This document shows, in pieces, positions 63,852 through 64,000 of a stretch of DNA of 64,000 nucleotides. How positions within the stretch are numbered: the stretch's first letter is position 1; every line of letters begins with the position of its first letter. Source of the DNA: Octopus sinensis (lineage: Eukaryota). The position numbers and the translations under genes were made by a program. The notes under the pieces are model-generated. The model had not been told where the DNA came from, did not search any database, and saw only the letters and a list, made by a program, of their open reading frames with translations. The stretch is taken from positions 14,384,001-14,448,000 of the forward strand of contig NC_042997.1 in assembly GCF_006345805.1 (NCBI RefSeq). The letters are read 5' to 3'.

Positions 63852-64000
63852 TTCATCATCATCATTTAATGCCTGCCTTCCATGCTGGCATAGGTCACGA
63901 TGGTTTGACAAAGAACCAACAAGCTGCAGGGCTGCGTCAGATTCCAATGTCATCTTTGGTAGGGTTCCTATGGCTTAATGTCCTTCCTAATGCTAATCAC
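63852..64000 (-). mobile_element. 3' end of an RTE-related retroposon with (GAT)n tail
   Basis: CATCATCATCATTTAATGCCTGCCTTCCATGCTGGCAT; a related short copy lies at about 43370-43420. Confidence 0.5.

Overview
AT-rich, microsatellite-dense eukaryotic DNA made mostly of interspersed repeats. The tRNA-derived SINE families and TTAGGG arrays resemble those I know from octopus genomes, so the host is inferred to be a coleoid cephalopod (unverified). Only one host-gene segment is well supported: a large terminal coding exon (60544-61465, +) encoding a TLC (TRAM/LAG1/CLN8) domain membrane protein, whose upstream exon(s) I could not place. The rest is four SINE families (labelled A-D here), decayed non-LTR retrotransposons (R4/Dong-type, CR1-group, RTE, Penelope-like), two non-autonomous Helitrons plus a Helitron helicase remnant, Tc1/mariner-pogo remnants, two local tandem duplications and several long inverted repeats. 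The most notable observations are three minimal type I hammerhead ribozyme folds on the minus strand (plus one core variant), a three-member GGATC-terminal DNA transposon family with perfect 8-bp TSDs and internal telomeric repeats (one member is a 1.06-kb near-palindrome), a divergent patch inside an otherwise near-identical tandem duplication, and a shared 3' tail linking SINE family A to a CR1-group LINE. Most ORFs in the supplied track are microsatellite or SINE artefacts. Repeat boundaries were read by eye and are approximate unless a TSD is quoted.
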